64,000 bases of DNA from an uncultured Bacteroidota bacterium (GTDB lineage Bacteria > Bacteroidota > Ignavibacteria > Kryptoniales > JAKASW01). The DNA is taken from contig CAWEES010000002.1 of assembly GCA_963808245.1 (NCBI GenBank), positions 3,330,252-3,394,251 on the forward strand, written 5' to 3'. Each line of letters opens with the position of its first letter. Within the stretch, counting starts at the first letter, position 1. Below are positions 40,845 to 49,970 of this stretch, piece after piece. The notes beneath the pieces were generated by a model that saw only the letters and a list, made by a program, of their open reading frames with translations, was not told where the DNA came from and ran no database searches. Position numbers and translations under genes: made by a program.

Positions 40845-41465
40845 ATGAAGGGTTTGCTCGGCAAAAAAATAGGTATGACCAGCGTGTTCGATGAAAAAGG
40901 GAATTCTATCTCTGTAACTGTTATCGAAGCTGGGCCTTGTCCGATTACTGCGATCAAGACAAAAGAGCGTGATGGATATGAGGCGCTGCAAGTTGCATTC
41001 GGAGTGAAGCGGGAAAGTATTGTCAACAAGCCGATGAAAGGGCACTTTGCAAAGGCCGGCGTAAAGCCCGCTCCGTTGCTTGGCGAATTCGACGGTTACG
41101 AAATCGGATCGTATAAACCGGGAGACGTGATCAGCGTTGAAAAGGTTTTTTCCGTAGGCGATAAGGTTTCTGTAACTGGAACTTCAAAAGGCAAAGGCTT
41201 TCAAGGAGTCGTTAAGCGTCACCATTTTGGCGGCGGCGCCGTTACTCACGGTCAGAGTGATAGACTTCGCGCTCCCGGTTCAGTAGGAAGTTCTTCTTAC
41301 CCTTCCAGAACGTTCAAAGGTCTCAGGATGGCGGGAAGAATGGGCGGTAAGCGTTCTACTATAAAGAATTTAAAAGTGGTTCGTTTGATTCCTGATTCAA
41401 ATTTGATTCTGGTTGAAGGCCCGGTGCCGGGTCCGACAAACGGCTACATTCAGATCTGGAAGTGA
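40845..41465 (+). CDS. rplC: 50S ribosomal protein L3
   Basis: 206 aa. MKGLLGKKIGMTSVFDEKGNSISVTVIE is typical of uL3. Confidence 0.95.
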   Translation: MKGLLGKKIGMTSVFDEKGNSISVTVIEAGPCPITAIKTKERDGYEALQVAFGVKRESIVNKPMKGHFAKAGVKPAPLLGEFDGYEIGSYKPGDVISVEKVFSVGDKVSVTGTSKGKGFQGVVKRHHFGGGAVTHGQSDRLRAPGSVGSSSYPSRTFKGLRMAGRMGGKRSTIKNLKVVRLIPDSNLILVEGPVPGPTNGYIQIWK

Positions 41466-41472
41466 GACGAAG

Positions 41473-42111
41473 ATGCAATTAGAAGTTTTGAAAATCGATG
41501 GGACTAAGACCGGAGAAAAGGTCGAACTTTCTCCCGCGATATTTGAGATTGAGCCAAACGATCAGGCGATATATCAGGCTGTTACCGCTTACCTTGCAAA
41601 TGCACGTCAGGGCACTCATAAGACAAAGATGCGAGGTGAAGTTAGAGGCGGCGGTAAGAAACCGTGGAAACAAAAACATACCGGTCGGGCAAGAAGCGGT
41701 TCTATACGCAATCCTATATGGGTTGGAGGCGGAACGATTTTCGGACCTCAGCCTCACACTTATGAAAAGAAAGTGAATGATAAGGTTAAAATATTGGCGA
41801 AGAAATCGGCACTTTCTTATAAAGCAAAAGACAGCGGTTTGGTTATCGTCGAAGATTTCAATCTTACTGAGACTAAAACGAAACGCGTCGTCGAGATATT
41901 AAATTCTCTCGGACTGAAAGGGAAGAAAGTCCTGATGCTTCTTCCGAAGAACGACAAGGTGGTTTTCCTTTCTACAAGGAATTTACCGAAGGTATTTGTG
42001 AAGGAAGCTCTTGGTGCATCTCCTTATGAATTACTTAACAACGATGTGATCGTTTTCCAAAAGAGTGCATTATCCGTTTTGCAAGGCAAATTGGTTGGAG
42101 AAGCGTCATGA
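41473..42111 (+). CDS. rplD: 50S ribosomal protein L4
   Basis: The listed ORF starts at 41413, inside rplC. The uL4 N-terminus MQLEVLKIDGTKTGEKVELSP begins at the in-frame ATG 41473, 7 nt after the rplC stop. Confidence 0.92.
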   Translation: MQLEVLKIDGTKTGEKVELSPAIFEIEPNDQAIYQAVTAYLANARQGTHKTKMRGEVRGGGKKPWKQKHTGRARSGSIRNPIWVGGGTIFGPQPHTYEKKVNDKVKILAKKSALSYKAKDSGLVIVEDFNLTETKTKRVVEILNSLGLKGKKVLMLLPKNDKVVFLSTRNLPKVFVKEALGASPYELLNNDVIVFQKSALSVLQGKLVGEAS

Positions 42112-42398
42112 GCGGAGTCATAATAAGACCTTTGCTGACTGAGAAAAACACAAAACTTCAAGAGCGGCATCAGTATGTGTTCGAAGTGGCAACAGGTACT
42201 AATAAAATTGAAGTTGCAAAAGAAATTGAAAAGCGATTCAGCGTTAAAGTGAAGAGCATACGCACTGTAGTCATGAAAGGGAAGTTGATAGGTACGCTTA
42301 CCAAACGCGGAAGGTTTGAAGGGAAGCGAGCCACGAGGAAGAAGGCAATAGTAACTTTAATGGAAGGTTATACTATAGATTTGCTTGGGACGGCGTAG
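42108..42398 (+). CDS. rplW: 50S ribosomal protein L23
   Basis: 96 aa. IIRPLLTEKNTKLQE is typical of uL23. ATGA overlap with rplD. Confidence 0.93.
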   Translation: MSGVIIRPLLTEKNTKLQERHQYVFEVATGTNKIEVAKEIEKRFSVKVKSIRTVVMKGKLIGTLTKRGRFEGKRATRKKAIVTLMEGYTIDLLGTA

Positions 42399-42436
42399 CC
42401 GGTCCCGAATGGATCCAATACTAAAAGGATTATGAA

Positions 42437-43264
42437 ATGGGTTTGAAGAAATTAAAACCGACGACACCCGCGACTCGTTTTTACACTGTCTCGACATTCG
42501 AGGAAGTGACCAAGACGGAACCGGAAAAGTCACTCGTCGTTCCTTTGAAAAGTACTGGTGGAAGAAATAACCAGGGAAGGATTACCTCCCGTCATCGCGG
42601 AGGAGCGCATAAAAAGTTTTATCGAATAATAGATTTCAAGAGAAACAAAGTAGGAATCGACGCGAAGGTTGCCGCAATTGAATATGATCCTAACAGGAAT
42701 GCCCGCATCGCATTGCTGTATTATGTTGATGGAGAAAAGCGGTATATAATAGCTCCTGAGGGATTGAAAGTCGGCGATGTTGTCCAGACCGGAGAGAAGG
42801 CAGAAATTAAGATCGGGAATGCCATTCCACTGAAGAATATCCCGGTTGGAACCACGATTCACAGCATCGAATTAAAGCCCGGGAAAGGCGCTCAGTTAGC
42901 ACGAAGCGCCGGAAATTCCGTACAGTTGGCTGCTAAAGAAGGAAGCTTCGCGACCCTTAGACTTCCGTCCGGTGAAATGCGGATGATCAGAGTGGAGTGT
43001 CTGGCAACGATCGGTGTCGTAAGTAATGCAGAGTTTGAAAATATCAGTTGGGGAAAAGCCGGCCGGATGCGATGGTTCGGTGTTAGGCCCCAGTCACGTG
43101 GCGTGGTCATGAACCCTGTTGATCACCCTCATGGTGGTGGTGAAGGAAAATCTCCGCAAGGAAATCCGCACCCGGTTTCTCCATGGGGCTGGAAAACTAA
43201 AGGCAAGAAGACCCGCAAAAAGAAAAAACTATCAAGCAAATATATTATTAAACGTAGAAAGTAG
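42437..43264 (+). CDS. rplB: 50S ribosomal protein L2
   Basis: 275 aa. [19 protein letters not shown] and [15 protein letters not shown]. Confidence 0.96.
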   Translation: MGLKKLKPTTPATRFYTVSTFEEVTKTEPEKSLVVPLKSTGGRNNQGRITSRHRGGAHKKFYRIIDFKRNKVGIDAKVAAIEYDPNRNARIALLYYVDGEKRYIIAPEGLKVGDVVQTGEKAEIKIGNAIPLKNIPVGTTIHSIELKPGKGAQLARSAGNSVQLAAKEGSFATLRLPSGEMRMIRVECLATIGVVSNAEFENISWGKAGRMRWFGVRPQSRGVVMNPVDHPHGGGEGKSPQGNPHPVSPWGWKTKGKKTRKKKKLSSKYIIKRRK

Positions 43265-43277
43265 CGATTGAAATAAT

Positions 43278-43568
43278 ATGGCGCGTTCCGTTAAAAAAGG
43301 TGTCTTCGTTGATCCGAAACTTCTCAAGAAGATAGAGGATCTTAATAAGAAGAATCAGAAAAAGGTTATCAAGACCTGGGCTCGTGACAGCATGATCGTC
43401 CCGGATTTTGTCGGCCACACATTCGCGGTTCATAATGGAAATAAGTTCATACCTGTTTACATAATTGAAGCCATGGTCGGTCATAGGCTTGGCGAATTTG
43501 CACCTACCCGCACTTTCAGGGCGCATCCCGGAATCAAGTCGGAAAAAACCGCGCCGCCGGCTGCCTAA
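43278..43568 (+). CDS. rpsS: 30S ribosomal protein S19
   Basis: 96 aa. [12 protein letters not shown] and [17 protein letters not shown]. Confidence 0.95.
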   Translation: MARSVKKGVFVDPKLLKKIEDLNKKNQKKVIKTWARDSMIVPDFVGHTFAVHNGNKFIPVYIIEAMVGHRLGEFAPTRTFRAHPGIKSEKTAPPAA

Positions 43569-43581
43569 GGAGTTGAATTAA

Positions 43582-43926
43582 ATGGAATCACGTGCAGTAG
43601 CAAGATATATAGGATCATCTCCAAGAAAAATGCGATTGGTGGTTGATCTTATCAGAGGTAAGAGTGTCGGACAGGCATTATCGATTCTACATTTTTCCGC
43701 GAAGCATGCATCGAAGGATGCGGAGAAGGCTGTTCGCTCGGCGGTTGCGAATATCATGAACCGGGAAGATGTCGGAAAGGTTGACGAAGAGAGTCTGTTC
43801 GTTAAAGAAATTTTTATCGACGGTGGTCCGGCAGCGAAGCGAGTTTTACCTGCACCTCAGGGACGTGCGTATCGGATTAGAAAAAGAAGTAACCACATTA
43901 CCGTAGTCGTGGCAATTAAAGAATGA
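43582..43926 (+). CDS. rplV: 50S ribosomal protein L22
   Basis: 114 aa. ARYIGSSPRKMRLVVDLIRGK is typical of uL22. Confidence 0.94.
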   Translation: MESRAVARYIGSSPRKMRLVVDLIRGKSVGQALSILHFSAKHASKDAEKAVRSAVANIMNREDVGKVDEESLFVKEIFIDGGPAAKRVLPAPQGRAYRIRKRSNHITVVVAIKE

Positions 43927-43980
43927 AACTAATTTTAATATCCCGAACTTGTTGGGATCCGAATGATTTAGGAGGAATTT

Positions 43981-44622
43981 TTGGGACAAAAGACTAATCC
44001 TATTGGTTTTAGACTTGGAATCACGCGTGATTGGGATTCGACATGGTTTGAACGCAAAGGATATTCTAAGCTATTGACCGAAGATGAAAAAGTAAGAAAT
44101 TATTTGCGAAACCGTTTGAACAAAGCAGGCGTCTCCCGATTGCTTATCGAGCGAAAAGGAAGCCAATTGACGGTGTCTATTCACACAAGCCGTCCGGGAA
44201 TAGTCATAGGCAAGAGCGGCAAAGATGTGAACCAGCTCGAAGCCGAATTAAAGAAATTGACTAAGAGAGAAGCTGTAAAGATTAAAACTTTTGAGATCAA
44301 ACGTCCTGAGCTAGATGCTTATTTGGTTGCTGAAAATATTGCCACTCAACTTGAGGGCCGAATAAATTTTCGCCGCGCGATGAAGAATGCTATTACATCC
44401 GCATCGCGAATGGGAGCCGAAGGAATCCGCGTAATGTGCGCCGGCAGACTCGGCGGGGCGGAAATTGCGCGAACCGAACAATACCGCGAAGGAAGAGTTC
44501 CCCTGCATACGCTTCGTGCCGATATCGATTACGCAAGTGTGGCAGCACGAACGATCTACGGTTTAATCGGCGTCAAGGTTTGGATCTGCCGCGGCGAAGT
44601 CTACGGACCACTGCCGAGATAA
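43981..44622 (+). CDS. rpsC: 30S ribosomal protein S3
   Basis: TTG start 5 nt after [19 protein letters not shown] identifies uS3. Confidence 0.95.
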   Translation: MGQKTNPIGFRLGITRDWDSTWFERKGYSKLLTEDEKVRNYLRNRLNKAGVSRLLIERKGSQLTVSIHTSRPGIVIGKSGKDVNQLEAELKKLTKREAVKIKTFEIKRPELDAYLVAENIATQLEGRINFRRAMKNAITSASRMGAEGIRVMCAGRLGGAEIARTEQYREGRVPLHTLRADIDYASVAARTIYGLIGVKVWICRGEVYGPLPR

Positions 44623-44642
44623 TATCAAGGAGACACTAAAAA

Positions 44643-45062
44643 ATGTTAATGCCGAAAAGAGTAAAATATAGAAAGACCCAGCGCGGAAGAATGCGAGGCA
44701 AGGCGCAACGCGGAAGTACAGTCGCTTTTGGCGATTTCGGATTGAAAGCGCTTGAACCCGGTTGGATTACTGCCCGGCAGATTGAAGCGACCCGTGTCGC
44801 GTTGACGCGGCAAATGAAGCGTGACGGCAGAATCTGGATCAGAATTTTTCCGGATAAGCCCGTGACAAAGAAGCCGGCTGAAACCAGGATGGGAAAAGGA
44901 AAAGGAATGCCGGAGTTCTGGGTCGCGGTCGTGAAGCCGGGAAGAATAATGTTTGAGATAGGCGGGATCACCGCTCCGCTTGCTGAAGAAGCCATGCGAC
45001 TTGCCGCCCACAAACTTCCGATTAAAACAAAATTTGTTGCAAGAATGGATTACGAGGGTTAA
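44643..45062 (+). CDS. rplP: 50S ribosomal protein L16
   Basis: 139 aa. [19 protein letters not shown] is typical of uL16. Confidence 0.95.
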   Translation: MLMPKRVKYRKTQRGRMRGKAQRGSTVAFGDFGLKALEPGWITARQIEATRVALTRQMKRDGRIWIRIFPDKPVTKKPAETRMGKGKGMPEFWVAVVKPGRIMFEIGGITAPLAEEAMRLAAHKLPIKTKFVARMDYEG

Positions 45063-45066
45063 TGAG

Positions 45067-45312
45067 ATGATTAAACCCCATGAGATTCGGGCGATGTCGG
45101 GAAAAGAAATTTCGCAGCGAATAAAGGATAGTGTCGAAGCTCTGGATAAAATGAAATTCCAGAAGGCGGTTGGCGGAGAAGTAAAGAACCCGGTTCAGGC
45201 CAGGTTTATTAAAAAAGAGATTGCAAGAATGAAGACTATCCTTCGCGAGCGTGAAGTTGAGTCGGCAAAAAATTCTTCTACCGGTAAAAAAGTGGAAGGC
45301 GAGGCTGCATAA
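45067..45312 (+). CDS. rpmC: 50S ribosomal protein L29
   Basis: The listed ORF starts at 44980, inside rplP. The uL29 core [22 protein letters not shown] starts at the in-frame ATG 45067, just after the rplP stop. It has a ~15-20-aa charged C-terminal tail. Confidence 0.9.
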   Translation: MIKPHEIRAMSGKEISQRIKDSVEALDKMKFQKAVGGEVKNPVQARFIKKEIARMKTILREREVESAKNSSTGKKVEGEAA

Positions 45313-45581
45313 TGGAAAGCACGACCCCAAATAGAAGTCTGAGAAAAGTAAGGATCGGAAAAGTAGTCAGCAATAAGATGCAGAAGTCTATCGTTGTGAG
45401 TATTGAGAGACTCGTCCCGCATCCGATCTATAAGAAATATTCAAAGAGGACGACCAAGTTGATGGCGCATGACGAGAAAAATGAAGCCGGGATCGGAGAC
45501 ACCGTGAAGATCATGGAAACCCGGCCGTTGTCGAGAAGTAAGCGATGGCGCCTCGTCGAAATTGTCGAAAAAGCAAAGTAG
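45312..45581 (+). CDS. rpsQ: 30S ribosomal protein S17
   Basis: 89 aa. [33 protein letters not shown] is typical of uS17. Confidence 0.94.
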   Translation: MESTTPNRSLRKVRIGKVVSNKMQKSIVVSIERLVPHPIYKKYSKRTTKLMAHDEKNEAGIGDTVKIMETRPLSRSKRWRLVEIVEKAK

Positions 45582-45590
45582 GTTTAGAAA

Positions 45591-45959
45591 ATGATTCAGG
45601 AAGAGACAAATCTTGTCGTTGCCGACAATTCCGGCGCAAAAAAAGTAAGGTGTATCCGGGTTCTCGGAGGGCATGACAGACGTTATGCCGGACTTGGAGA
45701 TTTGATTGTCGTTTCTGTGAAGCAGGCAATTCCGGGAGCGGAAGTAAAGAAAGGCGATGTCTCAAAGGCGGTTGTCGTGCGTACCAGGAAAGAGTATAAA
45801 AGACCTGACGGTACTTTTATCAGGTTTGATGAGAATGCGGCAGTGCTGCTGAACGCTCAGGGCGAACCACGCGGGACTAGAATTTTCGGGCCCGTTGCCC
45901 GGGAGCTTCGTGACAAGCAGTTTATGAAAATAGTCTCGCTTGCACCGGAAGTTCTTTAA
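45591..45959 (+). CDS. rplN: 50S ribosomal protein L14
   Basis: 122 aa. [27 protein letters not shown] is typical of uL14. Confidence 0.96.
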   Translation: MIQEETNLVVADNSGAKKVRCIRVLGGHDRRYAGLGDLIVVSVKQAIPGAEVKKGDVSKAVVVRTRKEYKRPDGTFIRFDENAAVLLNAQGEPRGTRIFGPVARELRDKQFMKIVSLAPEVL

Positions 45960-45991
45960 GCAGGAAATTTGTAGCTAAGAAAGGTTTTAAG

Positions 45992-46312
45992 ATGCACGTT
46001 CATAAGAATGACATGGTCTTGGTTGTGGGCGGTAACTCGCGCAGCAAGACGGGAAAAGTCCTCCGCGTCCTTCTTGCCAAGGAGAAGGTCCTTGTGGAAG
46101 GTGTAAATGTGAGAAAACGGCATACAAGGCCGACACAAAAAATGCCGGCAGGTGGAATCATCGAACGTGAAATGCCGGTTCATGCGTCGAATGTCATGGT
46201 CATCTGTCCGAAATGCAACAAGGCGAGCCGGCTCGGTTATACAACCGTCTCAGGAGTTGCAGGTCGAAAGCAGAGGATGAGAGTTTGCAAAAATTGCAGT
46301 GAAATGTTTTAA
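45992..46312 (+). CDS. rplX: 50S ribosomal protein L24 (with CPKC...CKNC motif)
   Basis: 106 aa. The KOW region is KNDMVLVVGGNSRSKTGKVLRV. The C-terminal half carries CPKC (C72, C75) and CKNC (C99, C102). Confidence 0.93.
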   Translation: MHVHKNDMVLVVGGNSRSKTGKVLRVLLAKEKVLVEGVNVRKRHTRPTQKMPAGGIIEREMPVHASNVMVICPKCNKASRLGYTTVSGVAGRKQRMRVCKNCSEMF

Positions 46313-46325
46313 TTGAGTTTTGAAA

Positions 46326-47063
46326 ATGGCAAAAGAAAAAAAAGAAAATATTGCGAAAGAGTCAGCCGCGGCTGATTCTCAAAATGAAGCGGTAGAAAAA
46401 AAGAAGAAACCGGCCCAGGCAAAGCCTGCGCAGGAAAAATCAAAGGCCAAACCGGCACAGGTTGAAGAAGCACCCGAGCCCAAAGTAACGCCGCGCTTAT
46501 TTGAAATTTATAAAAAAGATATTATACCATCCCTGATGAAGAGGTTCAGTTATAAGAACACTATGCAAGTGCCGAGATTAGAAAAGATTGCCATCAATTG
46601 CGGAGTCGGCGCTGCGACCCAGGACCCGAAAATCCTCGAGACAGTGCTCCGTGAGATGACAATTGTTTCCGGCCAGAAACCTTCCGTCAGGAAATCCAAG
46701 AAGGCGATATCTAATTTCAAACTTCGGGAAAACATCGCGATAGGGTGCAAGATAACTCTGCGAAAAGAAAAGATGTACGAGTTTATGGATCGTTTGATAA
46801 GTCTTGCGATTCCCCGCGTCCGTGATTTTCGAGGAGTGCCCGACAAGTCTTTTGACGGCCGCGGTAATTATACGCTAGGTTTAAAAGAGCAAATCATTTT
46901 TCCGGAGATTGATGTCGACAAGGTCGAGAGAATTTTTGGGATGGACATTACTTTTGTAACGACCGCCAGGACCGATGAGGAAGCTTATGAACTGTTGAAG
47001 GGTTTCGGTATGCCTTTCAGGAAACGTGAAGCAGCCGAGGGTGCCTTCGGAGCTGCGGCTTAA
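46326..47063 (+). CDS. rplE: 50S ribosomal protein L5 with ~55-aa N-terminal K/A/E/P-rich extension
   Basis: The conserved uL5 core starts at [23 protein letters not shown] (~46491). There is no in-frame ATG/GTG/TTG between ATG 46326 and the core. The listed TTG 46320 is an alternative start. Confidence 0.9.
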   Translation: MAKEKKENIAKESAAADSQNEAVEKKKKPAQAKPAQEKSKAKPAQVEEAPEPKVTPRLFEIYKKDIIPSLMKRFSYKNTMQVPRLEKIAINCGVGAATQDPKILETVLREMTIVSGQKPSVRKSKKAISNFKLRENIAIGCKITLRKEKMYEFMDRLISLAIPRVRDFRGVPDKSFDGRGNYTLGLKEQIIFPEIDVDKVERIFGMDITFVTTARTDEEAYELLKGFGMPFRKREAAEGAFGAAA

Positions 47064-47085
47064 TTTCAAAAGGAGTAACTGAAAA

Positions 47086-47271
47086 GTGGCGCGAACTGCA
47101 ATGATCGTTAAGGCTCAAAGGGAGCCGAAATACAAAGTGAGAAAACACAATCGCTGCACTATTTGCGGCAGGCCGAGAGCGTTTTATCGAAAGTTCGGTG
47201 TTTGCCGCATATGTTTCAGAAAGTTAGCGTTAGACGGGTTCATACCCGGTATTAAAAAAGCAAGTTGGTAA
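47086..47271 (+). CDS. rpsN: 30S ribosomal protein S14, short zinc-binding (type Z) form
   Basis: GTG start, 61 aa. [22 protein letters not shown] provides the Cys4 motif. Confidence 0.93.
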   Translation: MARTAMIVKAQREPKYKVRKHNRCTICGRPRAFYRKFGVCRICFRKLALDGFIPGIKKASW

Positions 47272-47293
47272 TTTAATTTAGGAGTGGAAGTCG

Positions 47294-47689
47294 ATGTCGA
47301 TGACTGACCCGGTTGCAGATTTTCTCACAAGGTTGAGAAACGCGGCAATTGCCCGCCAGAGAAGAGTTGATGTGCCGGCGAGCAATTTGAAGAAAGCTAT
47401 TACGAAAATCCTTTACGAGCAGCACTATATAGATAAATACACAGAGCTCGAATCAGTTACGCAGGGGACGATAAGGATTTACCTCAAATATTACAACGGT
47501 CGTCCGGTCCTTTCAGGACTGAGACGTGTCTCGGTTCCCGGACGCCGGGTCTATGCCGGAGCGGATGAGATTCCTCGAGTTCTCAACGGAATGGGAGTCG
47601 CGGTCATCTCTACGAATAGAGGCGTCATGACGGACAGGGACGCACGCCGGCTCAATGTCGGCGGTGAAATAATTTGCTATATATGGTAA
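47294..47689 (+). CDS. rpsH: 30S ribosomal protein S8
   Basis: 131 aa. MSMTDPVADFLTRLRNA is typical of uS8. Confidence 0.95.
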   Translation: MSMTDPVADFLTRLRNAAIARQRRVDVPASNLKKAITKILYEQHYIDKYTELESVTQGTIRIYLKYYNGRPVLSGLRRVSVPGRRVYAGADEIPRVLNGMGVAVISTNRGVMTDRDARRLNVGGEIICYIW

Positions 47690-47707
47690 TCACAAGGAGT
47701 CTTTAAA

Positions 47708-48253
47708 GTGTCACGAATTGGTAAAAAGCCCGTTGCGATTCCGAAAGGAGTGACGGTGCAGGTATCCGGCAGCGAAGTGAAGGTTAAAGGACCGAAAGGT
47801 GAACTGTCCGCAACTCTTCATCCTGATATTTCCGTAGAAATAAAACCGGAAGAGGCTAATGTCAAGGTAAATGGCACGGATAATTTCCATAATGCTCTTC
47901 ATGGATTATGGAGAGCGCTTCTGAACAATATGGTCAATGGTTCAACCAAGGGCTACGAGAAGAAACTTGAAATTGTCGGAGTCGGATACCGTGCTGAGAT
48001 GAAAGGAACAAATATTCAAATGGTACTCGGTTTCTCTCATCCGATTCTTTTCAAGCCGCCTAAAGGAATTAAAATTGAAACGCCGTCAGCCACAAATATT
48101 ATTGTGTCCGGTGTTGACAAACAGCTTGTCGGCCAAATCGCGGCAAAGCTGAGATCTTTCCGTCCGCCTGAGCCGTATAAAGGCAAGGGAGTGAAATACG
48201 AGAACGAGTACATTCGTCGCAAGGCCGGTAAGGCAGCAGCGACAGCCAAGTAA
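47708..48253 (+). CDS. rplF: 50S ribosomal protein L6
   Basis: GTG start. MSRIGKKPVAIPKGVTV identifies uL6. Confidence 0.95.
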   Translation: MSRIGKKPVAIPKGVTVQVSGSEVKVKGPKGELSATLHPDISVEIKPEEANVKVNGTDNFHNALHGLWRALLNNMVNGSTKGYEKKLEIVGVGYRAEMKGTNIQMVLGFSHPILFKPPKGIKIETPSATNIIVSGVDKQLVGQIAAKLRSFRPPEPYKGKGVKYENEYIRRKAGKAAATAK

Positions 48254-48272
48254 AACTTTGAGGTTTGATTAA

Positions 48273-48644
48273 ATGGGACGTCTTGAATTAAAAAAAGAAC
48301 AACGAGAAAGAACTAAACGAGGGCTCCGGAACAGAATTAAAGGAACCGCTGAGCGTCCGCGTCTGACTGTTTTCCGAAGCTTGAAGCATATTTACGGCAC
48401 AATTGTCGACGACACGAAGGGAAAAACAATACTCCAGGTGTCGAGTTTGAACAAGGAAATCGCCGACGCCATAAAGAGTACAAAAGGGAAAATAAATGTC
48501 AGCAAAATTGTTGGCGTTGCACTTGCAAAAAAGGCGCTCGAAAAGAATATACAACAAGTTGTCTTTGACAGAGCAGGTCGTCTGTACCATGGCCGCCTCA
48601 AGGCGTTTGCAGATGGCGCCCGCGAAGGCGGATTAAAATTTTGA
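48273..48644 (+). CDS. rplR: 50S ribosomal protein L18
   Basis: 123 aa. RPRLTVFRSLKHIYGTIVDD is typical of uL18. Confidence 0.94.
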   Translation: MGRLELKKEQRERTKRGLRNRIKGTAERPRLTVFRSLKHIYGTIVDDTKGKTILQVSSLNKEIADAIKSTKGKINVSKIVGVALAKKALEKNIQQVVFDRAGRLYHGRLKAFADGAREGGLKF

Positions 48645-48665
48645 TCAGGAATTAATAGGTTTACA

Positions 48666-49280
48666 ATGAAATTAAGAGACACGAGAAGCAATCAAAGAAC
48701 CAGGCCGGATCAGTCGGAACTTAAAGAGAAAGTGGTCCATATCAACCGTGTTGCGAAAGTTGTGAAGGGGGGGCGTCGATTTAGCTTTAATGCGATAGTC
48801 GTCGTCGGCGACGGAAAAGGAAACGTCGGTATCGGTCTGGGCAAGGCAAACGAAGTCAATGACGCAATTAGCAAAGGAGTCGATGACGCGAAGAAGAGTG
48901 TTTCGCATGTGGCGGTTCTGAAAGGGACTATCCCGCATGAGATCGTCGGAAAGTTTGGGGCAGCAAAAGTCCTGCTTAAACCGGCATCACCAGGCACGGG
49001 GGTAATTGCAGGAGGCGGCGTCCGCGCCGTTTTAGAATCTGCAGGTGTTCAAGATGTATTAACGAAATCGATGGGTTCATCGAATCCTCATAATGTTGTT
49101 AAAGCGACTATGCGGGCTCTCTTAAATCTTTCGGATCCTCGTATGATTTCTGAGAGAAGAGGAATACCGACGAGGGATTTATTTCCTCCCCGGCCGGAAT
49201 CTCCGAGCCCGGCTGCTGCTGCAGAATTAAGCTCAGAAAAGAGCGGTGAATCAAAAGATCCTCAGCAGGTGGCGAAATGA
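48666..49280 (+). CDS. rpsE: 30S ribosomal protein S5 with ~30-aa C-terminal tail
   Basis: 204 aa. [39 protein letters not shown] identifies uS5. The tail is [31 protein letters not shown]. Confidence 0.94.
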   Translation: MKLRDTRSNQRTRPDQSELKEKVVHINRVAKVVKGGRRFSFNAIVVVGDGKGNVGIGLGKANEVNDAISKGVDDAKKSVSHVAVLKGTIPHEIVGKFGAAKVLLKPASPGTGVIAGGGVRAVLESAGVQDVLTKSMGSSNPHNVVKATMRALLNLSDPRMISERRGIPTRDLFPPRPESPSPAAAAELSSEKSGESKDPQQVAK

Positions 49281-49465
49281 GTGAAGTTAAAAAAATTAAG
49301 ATTACCCAGATTAGGAGCACGATCGAAAGGCCCGAGCCGCAGAAACGCACGATAGAGGCGCTCGGCCTGGGAAGAATTAGAAAATCGGTTGTCAAAACAG
49401 ACACACCGCAGATAAGGGGCATGATCGCGAAGGTCCCACATCTGGTTCAGGTAGAAGAGCTTTAG
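49277..49465 (+). CDS. rpmD: 50S ribosomal protein L30
   Basis: 62 aa. [27 protein letters not shown] is typical of uL30. ATGA overlap with rpsE. Confidence 0.92.
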   Translation: MSEVKKIKITQIRSTIERPEPQKRTIEALGLGRIRKSVVKTDTPQIRGMIAKVPHLVQVEEL

Positions 49466-49475
49466 GAGATTTTAG

Positions 49476-49967
49476 ATGAACGTTCTTGGAAATTTGAAAT
49501 ATGCTCCGGGCGCACGAAAAAAAGTTAAGCGTATTGGCCGCGGTGTCGGCTCCGGGCACGGTAAGACAGCCGGTAAAGGTCACAAAGGTCAACGTTCCCG
49601 ATCGGGAGATCAAATCAGGCCGTGGTTTGAAGGCGGTCAGATGCCTCTCAATCGCCGGATCCCGAAATTCGGGTTTCACAGCCCTTTTCGTGTCGAGTTC
49701 CAAATAGTCAATGTCTCGACACTTGGGAAATTGGCAGACGACGGGAAATTGCCGGGCGGTGTAGTAACCCCCGAAGTTTTGTACAAACTTGGCGCTGTAT
49801 CAAAGAAGTTACAACCCGTGAAAATCCTCGGTGATGGTACACTGTCAAAGAAATTAGATGTTTCAGCGAATGCTTTCAGCGATTCGGCATCAAAAAAAAT
49901 TGAAGCAGCAGGGGGCTCGATCAAGAAGATCTCGGAACCTTCCGCGGCGAAAACAGTTGAGCCATAA
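49476..49967 (+). CDS. rplO: 50S ribosomal protein L15
   Basis: 163 aa. GRGVGSGHGKTAGKGHKGQRSRSG is typical of uL15. Confidence 0.94.
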   Translation: MNVLGNLKYAPGARKKVKRIGRGVGSGHGKTAGKGHKGQRSRSGDQIRPWFEGGQMPLNRRIPKFGFHSPFRVEFQIVNVSTLGKLADDGKLPGGVVTPEVLYKLGAVSKKLQPVKILGDGTLSKKLDVSANAFSDSASKKIEAAGGSIKKISEPSAAKTVEP

Positions 49968-49970
49968 CAT

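Noticed and set aside
41413-41472. 5' extension of rplD (and 44980-45066 for rpmC, 60115-60165 for rimP)
   Set aside because: The extensions overlap the preceding gene or the leader terminator. The conserved protein N-termini begin at the internal in-frame ATGs.
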